DNA from: Octopus sinensis
Lineage: Eukaryota
Length of the DNA: 64,000 nucleotides
NCBI RefSeq assembly: GCF_006345805.1
Contig: NC_043002.1
Coordinates: 83,018,001-83,082,000, forward strand
Reading direction: 5' to 3'
Below are positions 1-10,944 of this stretch, one piece after another; positions within the stretch are counted from its first letter, which is position 1, and the number at the start of each line of letters is the position of its first letter. The notes under the pieces were generated by a model that searched no databases, had not been told where the DNA came from, and saw only the letters and a list, made by a program, of their open reading frames with translations. The translations under genes were made by a program, and so were the position numbers.

Positions 1-51
1 CCACGGCGATTCCGTCTTATTAGACCTTATCAACGAAGTATAGTCTAAGCG

Positions 52-190
52 TGACTACCTGCTTTCGAACCACATGGTTCCGGGTTCAGTCCCACTGCAT
101 GGCACCTTGAGAAAGTTTCTTCTACTATAGTCCCGAGCCGACCAAAGCCTTGTGAGTGAATTTGGTAGACGGAAACGGAAAGAATCCCGT
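52..190 (+). mobile_element. SINE family A, 5' fragment
   Basis: Matches the head/core of the complete copies in this window (accacatggttccgggttcagtcccactgc...gcaccttg...cttctactatag...ggtagacggaaac); Pol III B-box-like GGTTCAG. Confidence 0.75.
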
Positions 191-248
191 CACAATCTAT
201 GAAAAAGAGAAACTGTATTAACTCAGCATAAGCACTTGACTAGTGTTA

Positions 249-400
249 GGGCACGTGGCTCTGTGGTTTAGAGTGGTCAGTTCCCGATCATAATACTGTG
301 GGTTCAATGTTTGGCATGGAAGACGCGTTGTTCCCCTTGGGTGAGGCATTGCACTTCCACGGTTCCGCACTTTCTTCCCCTGGCAAGGTAGGATATCTCT
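249..400 (+). mobile_element. Degenerate tRNA-headed SINE-like fragment
   Basis: gggcacgtggctctgtggttagag (A-box-like), then gggttcaa (B-box-like) and a ccttgggtgaggca core-like motif similar to family C. Confidence 0.45.
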
Positions 401-436
401 TGCCAAACTGGCCTCAACGTCTTTTTAACTTGCGCC

Positions 437-1320
437 TCATTGAATATATTTAATTAAAGATTTATATATATACGAATGTATAAGACCTTTTGCAAGTGAA
501 AATTTTCTAAAACTTTTAAAAATAATTATATTATTAATATATATATATAAACGCTCGTATTAAGTATATAAATACTTTAATAGTATCAATACGTTAATAC
601 AATAGAGCACTCAATATAAATTCAGTATATATTGTCATTGAATATATTTAACTAAAGATTTATATATATACGAATGTATAAGACCTTTTGCAAGTGAAAA
701 TTTTCTAAAACTTTTAAAAATAATTATATTATTAATATATATATATAAACGCTCGTATTAAGTATATAAATACTTTAATAGTATCAATACGTTAATACAA
801 TAGAGCACTCAATATAAATTCAGTATATATTCTCATTGAATATATTTAACTAAAGATTTATATATATACGAATGTATAAGACCTTTTGCAAGTGAAAATT
901 TTCTAAAACTTTTAAAAATAATTATATTATTAATATATATATATAAACGCTCGTATTAAGTATATAAATACTTTAATAGTACTAATACGTTAATACAATA
1001 GAGCACTCAATATAAATTCAGTATATATTGTCATTGAATATATTTAATTAAAGGTTTATATATATACGAATGTATAAGACCTTTTGCAAGTGAAAATTTT
1101 CTGAAACTTTTTAAAATAATTATATTATTAATATATGTATATATAAACGCTCGTATTAAGTATATAAATACTTTAATAGTACTAATACGTTAATATAATA
1201 GAGCACTCAATATAAATTCAGTATATATTCTCATTGAATATATTTAACTAAAGATTTATAATTATATATACGGATGAATAAATCCTTTTACAAGTGAAAG
1301 TTTTCTAAATCTTGTTAAAA
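437..1320. repeat. AT-rich 198-bp tandem repeat, about 4.4 copies
   Basis: Unit starts (tcattgaatatattt) at 437, 635, 833, 1031 and 1231; near-identical units, last partial unit more diverged. Confidence 0.95.
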
Positions 1321-1764
1321 TGGCATAGTGTGTAGCCCTGGAAAATCCACTTTAGGTAAATATTGTTACATTATGAATACTTGCAGTATGCTATTGAAAA
1401 GTATCAATTGAATGAAAAAAAAATACAGGTGTTTCTTTATCATTTAAGTACCACCCAACAAAACACCTACAATAATAGCAACAACAAAGAAGGCGGCAAT
1501 AATGACGACGACGACGACAGCAACAATGCTACAAGAATATTTACAATTTATGTATAGATAATTAAACACACGTACATTTCTGTTAGTTAAATAGCATGTA
1601 TTTCCACAAAATACAGATGTAGTAAAAAGTATCTCATCTCAGCTAACTAATTGATCTGTCAGTATTTCCACGAAATTCAGACGTAGTCAAAGTATCCTAG
1701 CATAGAGACGGACAAACAGAGAGATGGTGACACATTGCTAATTATATTAATAAACAGGACAGGG

Positions 1765-1825
1765 TGAGGAGCTGGCAGAATCGTTAGCTCGCCGGGCAAA
1801 ATGCTTAGCGGTATTTCGTCTGTCT
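1765..1825 (+). mobile_element. SINE family B head, truncated at the Tx1 LINE
   Basis: gagctggcagaatcgttagctcgccgggcaaaatgcttagcggtatttcgtctg matches the head of the TSD-flanked family B copy at 24410-24641. Confidence 0.8.
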
Positions 1826-1829
1826 GTTA

Positions 1830-4800
1830 TTAAAAATTTATTGTTGGAGTGTGTTCGTAAGTTTCTGTTAATTGTTATATCTCTTGTGCCTATTGTTGGA
1901 CTTATTGTTTAAAAATTGTATTATAGTTTTCTTTCGAAAGCTATCTGTGGTTTTCTCCTGTGGGGGAAAACATTAATTGCCGGCAAGATGCTGAAAAGTG
2001 TCTTCGTCGGGTGATGATTCATCGACCGAGCGGGAAGCAAGGAAGATAGAAAGTTCAATTTGTGATAACATTTCTGATGTTTCGGAAAGTGAATTCCCTG
2101 CATTACAAAAAGTTACGGATGCCAAAAGAAATATAGGATCAAAGACCATTCAAAACGAAGAAAGAAAAAGTTTTGCGTCAGCAGCTGGTAGTGGAACGCG
2201 ATAGCTGTCAACTGACAAAAAAGAATTATTAAAATACAAGGAAATGATAACAGAACGAAATGGAGTGGTAAAAGTGGAAATACCAGAAGAAGAATTAACG
2301 GAAGAGAAAGGAAAAATTATTATTTTTAAAGACATTCTGCTGAAAAGTTCGAAGAATTGACAAGATATGCGAGAAAAAAATTCAAAAATGTTTAAAGCCC
2401 ATATGGCAGGACATTACATATCTAGCCAGAGGGAAGAAGTTTGGAACCATCGTGGTTCAAGAACGCAGAAACGGTACAGCAACACTCTGTAAAATCATTA
2501 GAGTCGGAAGACACAATATTAATTCCAATCAAGGCCGCTGGATGGACCCGAGTGGTGGAAGCTCGACAAGGAAATAGTTCCACTATTCGGTCTATGACGA
2601 ACCAAAACGGTGTCTTGGCAAACGAACCTGGGGAAATGTGTGAGGCATTTCGGTAGTACTTCGCCTAGCTGTTCGGGGGTGATGGCGGTCCTGTTGGTAG
2701 GGAAGTCCTCGAGGATTTTGTTTCCGGGCTACCACGCCTCTCGGGGTCGGATGCGGAGGCTTGAGAGGGGCCGATCACGCCTGGGGAGGTGACGGAGGCT
2801 ATGGCTGACCGTAAAGCGGGTAAGTCCCCGGGACTTGATGGTTTTCCTCACGAGCTATATAAATGTATGCCAGACTTGTTCGGGCACCTACTGGCTAGCG
2901 TGTACGCGAACTGGCAACATAATGGATTTATCCCCAGATCCGGGGAGTGGTGACGTTGATCAGAAAGGACCCGGACAAGGGGGACATTTTAGATAATTTC
3001 AGGCCCGTCACTCTGTTAAACACAGAAGTAAAGATTTTGGCCAAGGTTTTAGCAAAAAGGTTGGCGCGTGTCGCGAATGGTGTAGTCGGAGAGGCACAGA
3101 CAAGTGCCATCCCAGGCCGAACTATTCAGGATAATCTCCATCTTATTCGCTATACCATAGAGAGGGTTGGTGATAACTCTGGCAAAGGTGGGGCATTGGT
3201 GCATTTAGACTAATCTAAAGCTTTTGATAGGGTCGACTATCGATACCTGGCGACTGTGCTTGCGCGGTTTGGCCCGGGCTTTGGCTTCCTCAGGTGGTTC
3301 ATTGCTCTATATCACAACATTGACTCGATAGTTCGGGTGAACGGTTTCCTTTCGAAACCGTTCTGCATCAGACGCTCGGTTCGTCAAGGATGTTCGCTCT
3401 CACCACTTTTGTATGTGGTGGCTCTTGAACCCCTACTGCAAAATTTGAGTGACATCTCGAGAGAACCAGGTTTAGAGGAGTTTGTTTCAGCTTACGCGGA
3501 CGATATCACTATCAGCGTTACCTCAGTAACGCGCCTACGTGAGTTTTACGCCTATTGAGTTTTACGAGACGGTGGCAGGAGCAAAGATCAACCGGGGAAA
3601 AGTCGGTCGGCTTGCAGCTCGGCACCTGGGTTGGCAAGTCGATGCCTTCAGACAGCGTTGTTGGGCGCTGGACGGAGGGACCAGTTAAATTGCTGGGAGT
3701 CTGGTTTGGACCAGGCCTCCAGATAGAGAAGAACTGGACGGAAGTTTCGAGCATGGTGGCTGCAATAGTCAAAACCTGGTCTTGGTGGTGGCTATCCCTG
3801 AAAGGGAGGGCGGAGGTGACCAATGTGTTTATCGCATCGGTTATTACCTACTGCCTGACCGTCGTGCACTGTCCGGATTCGTGGGTGATCAGGTTGGAGA
3901 GGCAGCTCTTTCGCTTTTTGTGGAAGGGCAAGTCACCACTTGTGAAACGCTCTATCTGTTGTCTGAAGCCGTTAAAGCGGGGTTTAGGGATGCCTTGGTT
4001 AATGATGCGCAGGCATGCGTCGAGGTTGAGGTATCTCTGGATTCTCCTGGATGGTGAACGGGTGTGGTCTCCGCTAGCCAGACAAATGTTCCCGAGTTCA
4101 AAAGTTTTTGCGAACAGGAAGCCTGGTGTTCTCCTAGACTGAAGTCGAGTAAGTGGCATATGGAGTATCGTAAGGCCCTCCTGCTATTCCGGCGCTCGGG
4201 TAACACCAGCGGTGGGGTTCTACACGTTTTTTATATAGTGGGTAGGTAGAGTCTGAATATGACGATGGCCTGAGGGCAACTCTAGGTCTCGGGTTTATTC
4301 AACTCGACAGCCTGTTCCACCGTACATTCGGGTTGGGAACGTTGGACAATTTCCAAAAAGTCCTTGACCTGGCAATGTTACAGCAGTGCCTTGCCCGTTT
4401 GGGATAAACTCGCAAGACATGGAAAGTCTCACTCTCCGACCTGTCTAAGATGCGGTGGTGGTGGGGGGGATAGGGAAACCATCCCTCACGCTATTGTCCA
4501 GTGTCCGGAGATATCTGAAATATGGGTTTATGCTGAACACCTGTTGTCCGGCGAAGGAAGAGTACAGCTGTCGATTGGATCAATTATAAAAATTGACCCA
4601 CCGTAATTTTTAACAAATAAAGGTAAGAATTGTTTTTTCACTGTTGTTGCAATAGCGAAAGAGGCAGTATGGAAGACTAGGATAAAAGGGATTAAGACGG
4701 GTAACTTTATTTCCGGCCACGAGTTAAGATCGTTCTTCACTTTTCACTTGAAAAGGAATGTGTGGCTGGAGAAGAGATGCCTGTCGGAGAGTGTGTTCAA

Positions 4801-5020
4801 CAAAAGATGGAAGCATGTTGCACGAGTGCTGTGCATGCAAGGAACCATGTGAATAAGACGACAAAAAAAGAGCAAAAAAAAAAAGGTACCAGCGATAGAT
4901 CGGGGCTTGTGGAGTTGGAGCGTGGCCTGATCATCGCTTCATTTGTATTGTTTTCGTATTGTTAATTTCATTCGATTTTTTTAAATATTGTATTTAAATT
5001 TTTAAAGTCACATTATATGT
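1830..5020 (+). mobile_element. Tx1/L1-clade non-LTR retrotransposon, degenerate, endonuclease region deleted
   Basis: RT motifs across frameshifted ORFs: NFRPVTLLNTEVKILAKVLAKRL (2947-3213), SVRQGCSLSPLL and AYADD (3256-3558), VKLLGVWFGP (3555-4142), C-terminal CLRC...ETIPHAIVQC (4364-4606), A-rich tract near 4860-4885. No APE endonuclease motifs between the 5' region and the RT linker at about 2550. Confidence 0.92.
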
Positions 5021-5096
5021 AAAATTATATCGCTTTACTGATTCCATCAGTTGTTCTGCCCATTTCTATGTTTGGTCCCCGGTGGGCAATAAAGAT

Positions 5097-5275
5097 ATTG
5101 GTATTTCGTCTGCCGCTACGTTCTGAGTTCAAATTCCGCCGAAGTCGATTTTGCCTTTCATCCTTTTGGGGTCGATTAAATAAGTACCAGTTACGCACTG
5201 GGGTCAATGTTATCGATCTGCTTCTTCCCCCGAAATTTCTGGCCTTGTGTCACAATTTGAGACTAATATTAATAG
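5097..5275 (+). mobile_element. SINE family B
   Basis: ggtatttcgtctgccgctacgttctgagttcaaattccgccgaagtcg...aagtaccagttacgcactggggtc. Confidence 0.85.
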
Positions 5276-5369
5276 ACTGGACAAAAAAGAAAAAAAGGGT
5301 TTAACTGTAATTGGATTCCAGTCCAATCACATTAAGATTTCCTATAAGGCAACAATTTTGGAGGTGTGG

Positions 5370-5540
5370 GTAAGTCGATTAAATCAACTCAAGTACTCTG
5401 TTGGCTCTTATTTTATCAACTCCAAAAAGGATGTCAGGCAAAGTCGATCTCGGCGGAATTTAAATTCAGAACATAATGACGGACGAAACGCCAATAAGCA
5501 TTTTGACCGGTGCGATAACAATTCTATCTGCTCGCCGTCT
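5370..5540 (-). mobile_element. SINE family B, diverged
   Basis: Reverse complement of the family B core (aggcaaagtcgatctcggcggaatttaaattcagaac). Confidence 0.75.
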
Positions 5541-5617
5541 TACATTTTGTTATGTTTTAAAAGTAGAAACTACAAGCTATCTTTCATTTTTTTGCTTCTT
5601 TTCTTCTAGCTTCAACA

Positions 5618-5761
5618 GAATAGGCGCAGGAGTGGCTGTGTGAATAGTCGCAGGAGTGGTTGTGTGAACAGGCGCAGGAGTGGCTGTGTGAATAGGTGTA
5701 GGAGTGGTTGTATGAACAGGCGCAGGAGCGGCTGTGTGAATAGGCGCAGGAGTGGCTGTGT
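5618..5761 (+). repeat. 24-bp minisatellite x6 made from the 5' end of SINE family A
   Basis: Units of gaataggcgcaggagtggctgtgt at 5618, 5642, 5666, 5690, 5714, 5738; the last continues into the SINE A head (ggtaagtagcttg). Confidence 0.95.
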
Positions 5762-6450
5762 GGTAAGTAGCTTGGCAAGAAATTTACTCGGGGAAGAATT
5801 GTAGAGGTTTATAGCCTCTAATTTGTGTATAAATTGTAATCTATAATTGTATGAACTTTTTAGTCCAAATATATTGTATTTTGAATTGTAAGAGGGTTAA
5901 TACCTCTGTAAATGCATTTTTAAAGAACAATGTTTTAGAGAAGCTGAGGGTCGGCGGGCGCCTTCTGCCTTCTCCCATCTTTATCATTAATGTCTATGTC
6001 CAGCAAGCAAAACTACCCATCTTGGTGCTGCCTCTATAGCAAATGAAATGAAATAAAGTAGCTTGCTTACGAACCACATGGTTTCAGGTTCAGTCCCACT
6101 GCGTGGCACCTTGGGCAAGTGTCTTCTACTATAGCCTCGGGCCGATTAAAGCTTTGTGAGTGGATTTGGTGGACGGAAACTGAAAGAAGTTTGTCGTATA
6201 TATGTATATATGAATGCGTGTGTATATATTTGTGTGTCGGTATTTGTCCCCCCAACATCGCTCGACAACTGATGCTGGTGTGTTTACGTCCCCGTAACTT
6301 AGCGGTTCGGCAAAAGAGACCGATAGAATAAGTACTAGGCTTACAAAGAATAAGTCCTGGGGTCGATTTGCTTGACTAAAGGTGGTGCTCCAGCATGGCC
6401 GCAGTCAAATGACTGAAACAAGTTAAAGAGTAAAAAGTGTGAAAGAGTAA
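5741..6450 (+). mobile_element. Full-length SINE family A, interrupted by a 281-bp insertion
   Basis: Head taggcgcaggagtggctgtgtggtaagtagcttg resumes at 6056; core gcaccttgggcaagtgtctt; 3' tail gactgaaacaagttaaagagt. Confidence 0.9.
5775..6055 (+). mobile_element. 5'-truncated retroposon 3' end with (AAATG)n tail and 10-bp TSD
   Basis: TSD aagtagcttg at 5765-5774 and 6056-6065; the insert ends aaatgaaatgaaata. Confidence 0.85.
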
Positions 6451-6544
6451 TGAGTTAGTTCTTGAATGCTTGATTGATTACAGTTCTGGAATGAAATACT
6501 AATTAGGAAATTCAAATGTAGATAAGCAATCAATGTAAAGTAAT

Positions 6545-6962
6545 ACTCTCTTTTACTCTTTTACTTGTTTCAGTCATTTGACTGTGGCCATGCTGGAGCA
6601 CCGCCTTTAGCGAGCAAATAGACCCCAGGACTTATACTTTGTAAGCCCAGTACTTATTCTATCGGTCGCTTTTGCCGAACTGCTAAGTTACGGGGACGTA
6701 AACACACCAGCATCGGTTGTCAAGCGATGTTGGGGGTGGGGACAAAACATAGACAGACAAACATATACACAAACACGCACAAACATATATATGTGTATAC
6801 ATATAAACGACAGGCTTCTTTCAGTTTCCGTCTACCAAATCCACTGACAAGGCTTTGGTTGGCCCGAGGCTATAGTAGAAGACACTTGCCCAAGTGGGAC
6901 TGAACCCGGAACCATGTGGCTGGTAAGCAAGCTACTTACCACACAGCCACTCCTACACCACC
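6545..6962 (-). mobile_element. Full-length SINE family A
   Basis: Reverse complement of the complete family A sequence from tail (ttttactcttttacttgtttcagtc) to head (cacagccactcctacacc). Confidence 0.9.
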
Positions 6963-7164
6963 ATCGGTTGTCAAGGTAATACAATATCTTTTTTCTTTGC
7001 TTTCATTTATTGATATCACCTGACATATTTGGCCTCACTTTTCACCTGTATTGCTTAAATATTCATTTTTCAACCATTTATATCAAATGTGAATTCTTTA
7101 TACTGATTTTCCTCGAACTGAGACAAAAATTTTGATCAAGAAATGAGTGTTTTTTAAAAGAAGT

Positions 7165-7635
7165 GCGTTTACGTCCCCGTAACTTAGCGATTCGACAAAA
7201 GAGCCTGATAGAGTAAGTACTAGGCTCACAAAGAATAAGTCGTGGGGTTGATTTGCTCGAATAATGGCGGTGCTCCAGCATGGCCGCAGTCCAATGACTG
7301 AAACAAGTAAAAGAATAAAAAAAGAATAAGAGTATAAATGCTGGTTGGATTTTCTTTGGATGCTGAATTCATAGTCAAAGAGTTGAATGACGATAACATT
7401 CTGTTCAACGTTTGTCAATATAAGAAATATGGTAAGGTGGCTTGCTGGCAGAATCGTTAGCACGCCGGACGAAATGCTTAGCAGTATTTCTTCTGTATTT
7501 ACGTTCTGAGTTCAAATTCCGCCGATGTCGACTTTGCCTTTCATCCTTTCAGGGTCGTTAAGTACCAGTTGCGTACTGAGGTCGAGCTAATTGACTGACC
7601 CCCTACCCCCAAAATTCGGGCTTTGTTCTTAGAGT
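7165..7635 (+). mobile_element. SINE A 3' half (7165-7330) and SINE B (7432-7635)
   Basis: tttacgtccccgtaacttagcg...gactgaaacaagtaaaagaat; ggcagaatcgttagcacgccggacgaaatgcttag...ttctgagttcaaattccgccg. Confidence 0.8.
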
Positions 7636-7728
7636 AGAAAAGAACACGAGAAAAATTGTAGGAAAGATTTGAGATTTTCTAAATTTGAAACCTTCCCAAA
7701 CTAAACCGAATGATTTTTTTGATCTGGG

Positions 7729-8403
7729 GTATTGTTGCGCGTAGAAATAGTTGTGCCACTAACCGAAATGCGAAGTAAAATATTACAGATTTTGCGCAAA
7801 GCCCACATTGGAATACTAAAAATGAAAATATTGTTTAAAATATAAACTTGACGGGCTGAAAAAAAAGACATTGAGAGAACACGATAAAGTTATATTTGCA
7901 TGGAACTATGAGAAACTCATCAGTCAGATTAGAAAACTGGTCTACACTAACTGAAAGTTAGAAATGAATCCATTTAAATATTTGTAGAATGTAACGAATG
8001 TAATTTTCTAAAAGTAGTTGGTGCATACAGCAAATGGCTTTTAATTGTGTAAAAGATTAATGAAATCAATAAAATTCTGATAAGAATTTACTTAATTAAG
8101 TGGTCCTCAAAGGAATTTGAGAGTTATTTGCAAATTCTGAGGCATAAACATTTAATGAAAGTTCCCATACATCTCCATCTACTGGAGCGGCTGAAAGATT
8201 AGTCAGAATTTTCACAGATGTCACGAAAAAGACTAAAACTGAGAAGGTAATGCTTAAAACTTTAACCAACATTCTCCAATATTATTCGGGGAACTCCACA
8301 AAACGGCAGCTTTGTTGATGCTGGGCCGAGAGCTAGCAGATCAACTGTCACTGTTTGATAAGTAAAGCGCGAGCGCGTGCACACGCACGCACACACACAC
8401 ACG

Positions 8404-8499
<96 letters not shown>

Positions 8500-8700
8500 C
8501 ACCAGACCAAAAAGCGACTGAGTGAATGCGTAGTACTGGGACCGGAACCCGAAATAATGGTTGAAAGTTGGCTCTGATTTTAGCTCGAAATTTTGCAACT
8601 GAACCTCAGAACGTATGGTCGCGATTCTGAGCACTGTACTGTCCACAGTCAGAACGGATAGCAGAGTGTGGAAATGCAATCGAGTTCAAATGAGGAATTG
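7729..8700 (+). pseudogene. Fossil Ty3/Gypsy integrase, interrupted by a (CA)n microsatellite
   Basis: Manual translation: VLLRVEIVVPLTEMRSKILQILRKAHIGILKMKIL (HHCC zinc-binding region, 7729-7833), FLKVVGAYSKWL (about 8005; cf. FLIVVDAYSKW), STGAAERLVRIF (about 8178; cf. SNGLAERFVQTF), ALLMLGREL, and C-terminal VWKCNRVQMR (about 8666). Many stops and frameshifts. Confidence 0.8.
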
Positions 8701-8974
8701 TGTTTAAAAACCTAAGATCGATCACGAGGTGCGATTAAATTACAACAACTAGGATTAGGAAGACAATGAAACAACAACTGGTCAGTGGATGAATGCACAA
8801 TCCTCTGAGACAATCAACGCACTTTGAGAAAATCAATTTTACATACTGCATCATTTTATTGTATGTGTTTCTGCTGGTTATAGATGCATGGAGTAATAAT
8901 TATCACAAAGGCTGCATCATGATGTCAATTACTGAAGCTCATTTCATCGTTCTCATTATATCACGTCTTAAGGC

Positions 8975-9605
8975 AACGAACCGGCAGAATCGTTACTGCG
9001 CCGGGAAAATTCTTAGCGGCATTTCATCCAGCTTTACGTTCTGAGTTTAAAGCTCCAGGGGTCGTTACCGTCGATAAAATAAGTACGTGTTTAACACTGG
9101 GGTCGATGTAATCGATTTATCTACTCCCTCGAAATAACTGGCCTTGTGCCAAAATTTAAAACCTCTATTACATTACATCTTGAAGGCAATGAGCTGGCAG
9201 AGACGTTAGCACGTCGGCCAAAATGCTTAGCGGCATTTATTCCGGTTATTTGTGTCCCGAGTTCAGAACGCAAAGGTCAACTTTCATCCTTTCGAGGTCA
9301 ATAAAATAAGTACCCCTTGAGCACTGGGTTCTATATAATCGATTGCCCCTCCCCCCAAAGTTTCAGGCCTTGTGCCTATAATAGAAATAATTATATTATG
9401 TCTTGATGGTAGCGAGCTAGTAGAAGCGTTAGTGTTGGACAAAATGCCTTTTGGTATTTCTTCCGACTTCATTATGTTCGGAGATCAAATACCACCAAGG
9501 TTAAATTTGCCTTTCATCTTTACGGGGTCGATAAAATAATACCAGTCAAGAACTGTAATTTACGTGAATCGACTTGTCCCTCTTCTCAAAAAGTTGCTGG
9601 CTTTT
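8975..9605 (+). mobile_element. Three consecutive diverged SINE family B copies, head to tail
   Basis: ggcagaatcgttactgcgccggg (8983), gagctggcagagacgttagcacg (9191), cgagctagtagaagcgttagtg (9413), each followed by B core and tail motifs. Confidence 0.7.
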
Positions 9606-9614
9606 TATTGAATG

Positions 9615-9760
9615 ATTTGTTTACTTGATGCCCAGGATTCTTGGACTAGCTGCGATGGAGAGAAAAAGATGTTACCAGAAAACTGTATGAAGCCGCTGAG
9701 AGAGCAAGTCATTACATTTGGCGCAAGAGAGCGGATGAGTGGTGCAACAAGAACGAACAC
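9615..9760 (+). mobile_element. 3' fragment of a restriction-like-endonuclease LINE (Hero/R2-group-like C-terminus)
   Basis: Translation LGLAAMERKR / VTRKLYEAAERASHYIWRKRADEW resembles the EAAERAS.W.W..R terminal motif I recall for Hero-type elements; family assignment from memory only. Confidence 0.55.
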
Positions 9761-10049
9761 TGAGGATGATAGAAACAGCTGGCTTAGGGTCGCAACATTC
9801 GACTCAACAAAACTCGTGCTGTTGAACAGACGTTTTGTCGCTTACAACAGTAGGTAGCTCCGGGCAGTTCTGGCTTGTGGCGGAAGAGGCCGAAATAGTC
9901 ACAGAACTGCTTCACCTTCGGAGACAGAGTACAGCAACACCTTTGACACACAAGTGTTTATTCTAAACGTCTTTCGAATAGTCATTGTCGAAATTACTTT
10001 TGTTATCTTGGCTTTGTAGATATTACAATGCAGCAAAAAAAGAAAAGAG

Positions 10050-10269
10050 AAAATGGTGGTGGTGGTGATGGCGGTAGTTACGCCGGTGTTAGTGTGGTAG
10101 ATGACAGTAATTTTGCTGTTTGTGGGAGGTGTGGTGGTGTAGGTGGTAGTGTAGGTCGTAGTGACAAAGTTACTGGTATTTTTGTGGTGGTGACGTTAGT
10201 AGTGGTGATGTTGATGGTGGAAAAGTGGCAACGGATATTGAATTAACGGTAGTAGTAGTAGTAGTAGTA

Positions 10270-10315
<46 letters not shown>

Positions 10316-10745
10316 GGTGGTAGTAGTAGTAGTAGTGGTGGTGGTGGTAGTCGTAGAGGTCGTGGTGGTGATGTTAATGATAGTGATACTGGTAGTATTG
10401 GCGTTGATGTTGGTGGTGGTTGGTAATGCAAGTAGGATTGGTCAAGCTGGTTGTTGCAGTGATGGTGGTGGCTGATGGTGGCGGCGACGGTGTTGGTGTC
10501 GGCGTTGTTGCTGTTGGTAGTGGTGGGTGAGGTGGTATTGGTGGTGGTGTTAGTGGTTAATGTGGTGGTGGTGGTGTTGTTGGTGATATCGCTTGTGGTG
10601 TGGGTTGTAGTGTTGATGTTGGCGGTGTTGGTGCTGGTCTTTCTGATTGTAGTGTCGATGTTGGTGGTAACGCTAGTGGTTTTGGTGGTGTTGGTGCTGG
10701 TGTTTTGGGGGTGGCAGTGGCGGTCGCGGTGACGGTGGTGCGGGA
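10050..10745. repeat. Cryptic (GTG/GTA/GTT)n trinucleotide low-complexity region
   Basis: Runs of gtagtagta and ggtggtggt produce the poly-V and poly-T ORFs. Confidence 0.9.
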
Positions 10746-10944
10746 GTAGAATGGGCGGCGAAAGCAAGCACTGAATGCCATGCCTAAATACGTGAAGACA
10801 TGCCGTGTTACTTACACGGTGGTAGCAGCTGTTTGCCAGAACCGGGTCTGGAGTCACGTCTGACAAGGGAAGGCCAAGTTCAGTTGTTGACCAACGAAGG
10901 ACAATTTCCCTGTGTAAATATTTCACACAAAACCATCAGACGCT

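Noticed and set aside
8262-8679. ORFs rich in CV/HT dipeptides (also 10800-11472, 13105-13741, 29918-30353, 31344-31737, 46921-47184)
   Set aside because: Translations of (CA)n, (TA)n and (ATAC)n microsatellites; no coding signal.
10243-10926. 227-aa Thr/Pro/Leu-rich mucin-like ORF
   Set aside because: Mostly a cryptic trinucleotide repeat that is open by construction; only 10816-10909 is kept, as a weak exon candidate.
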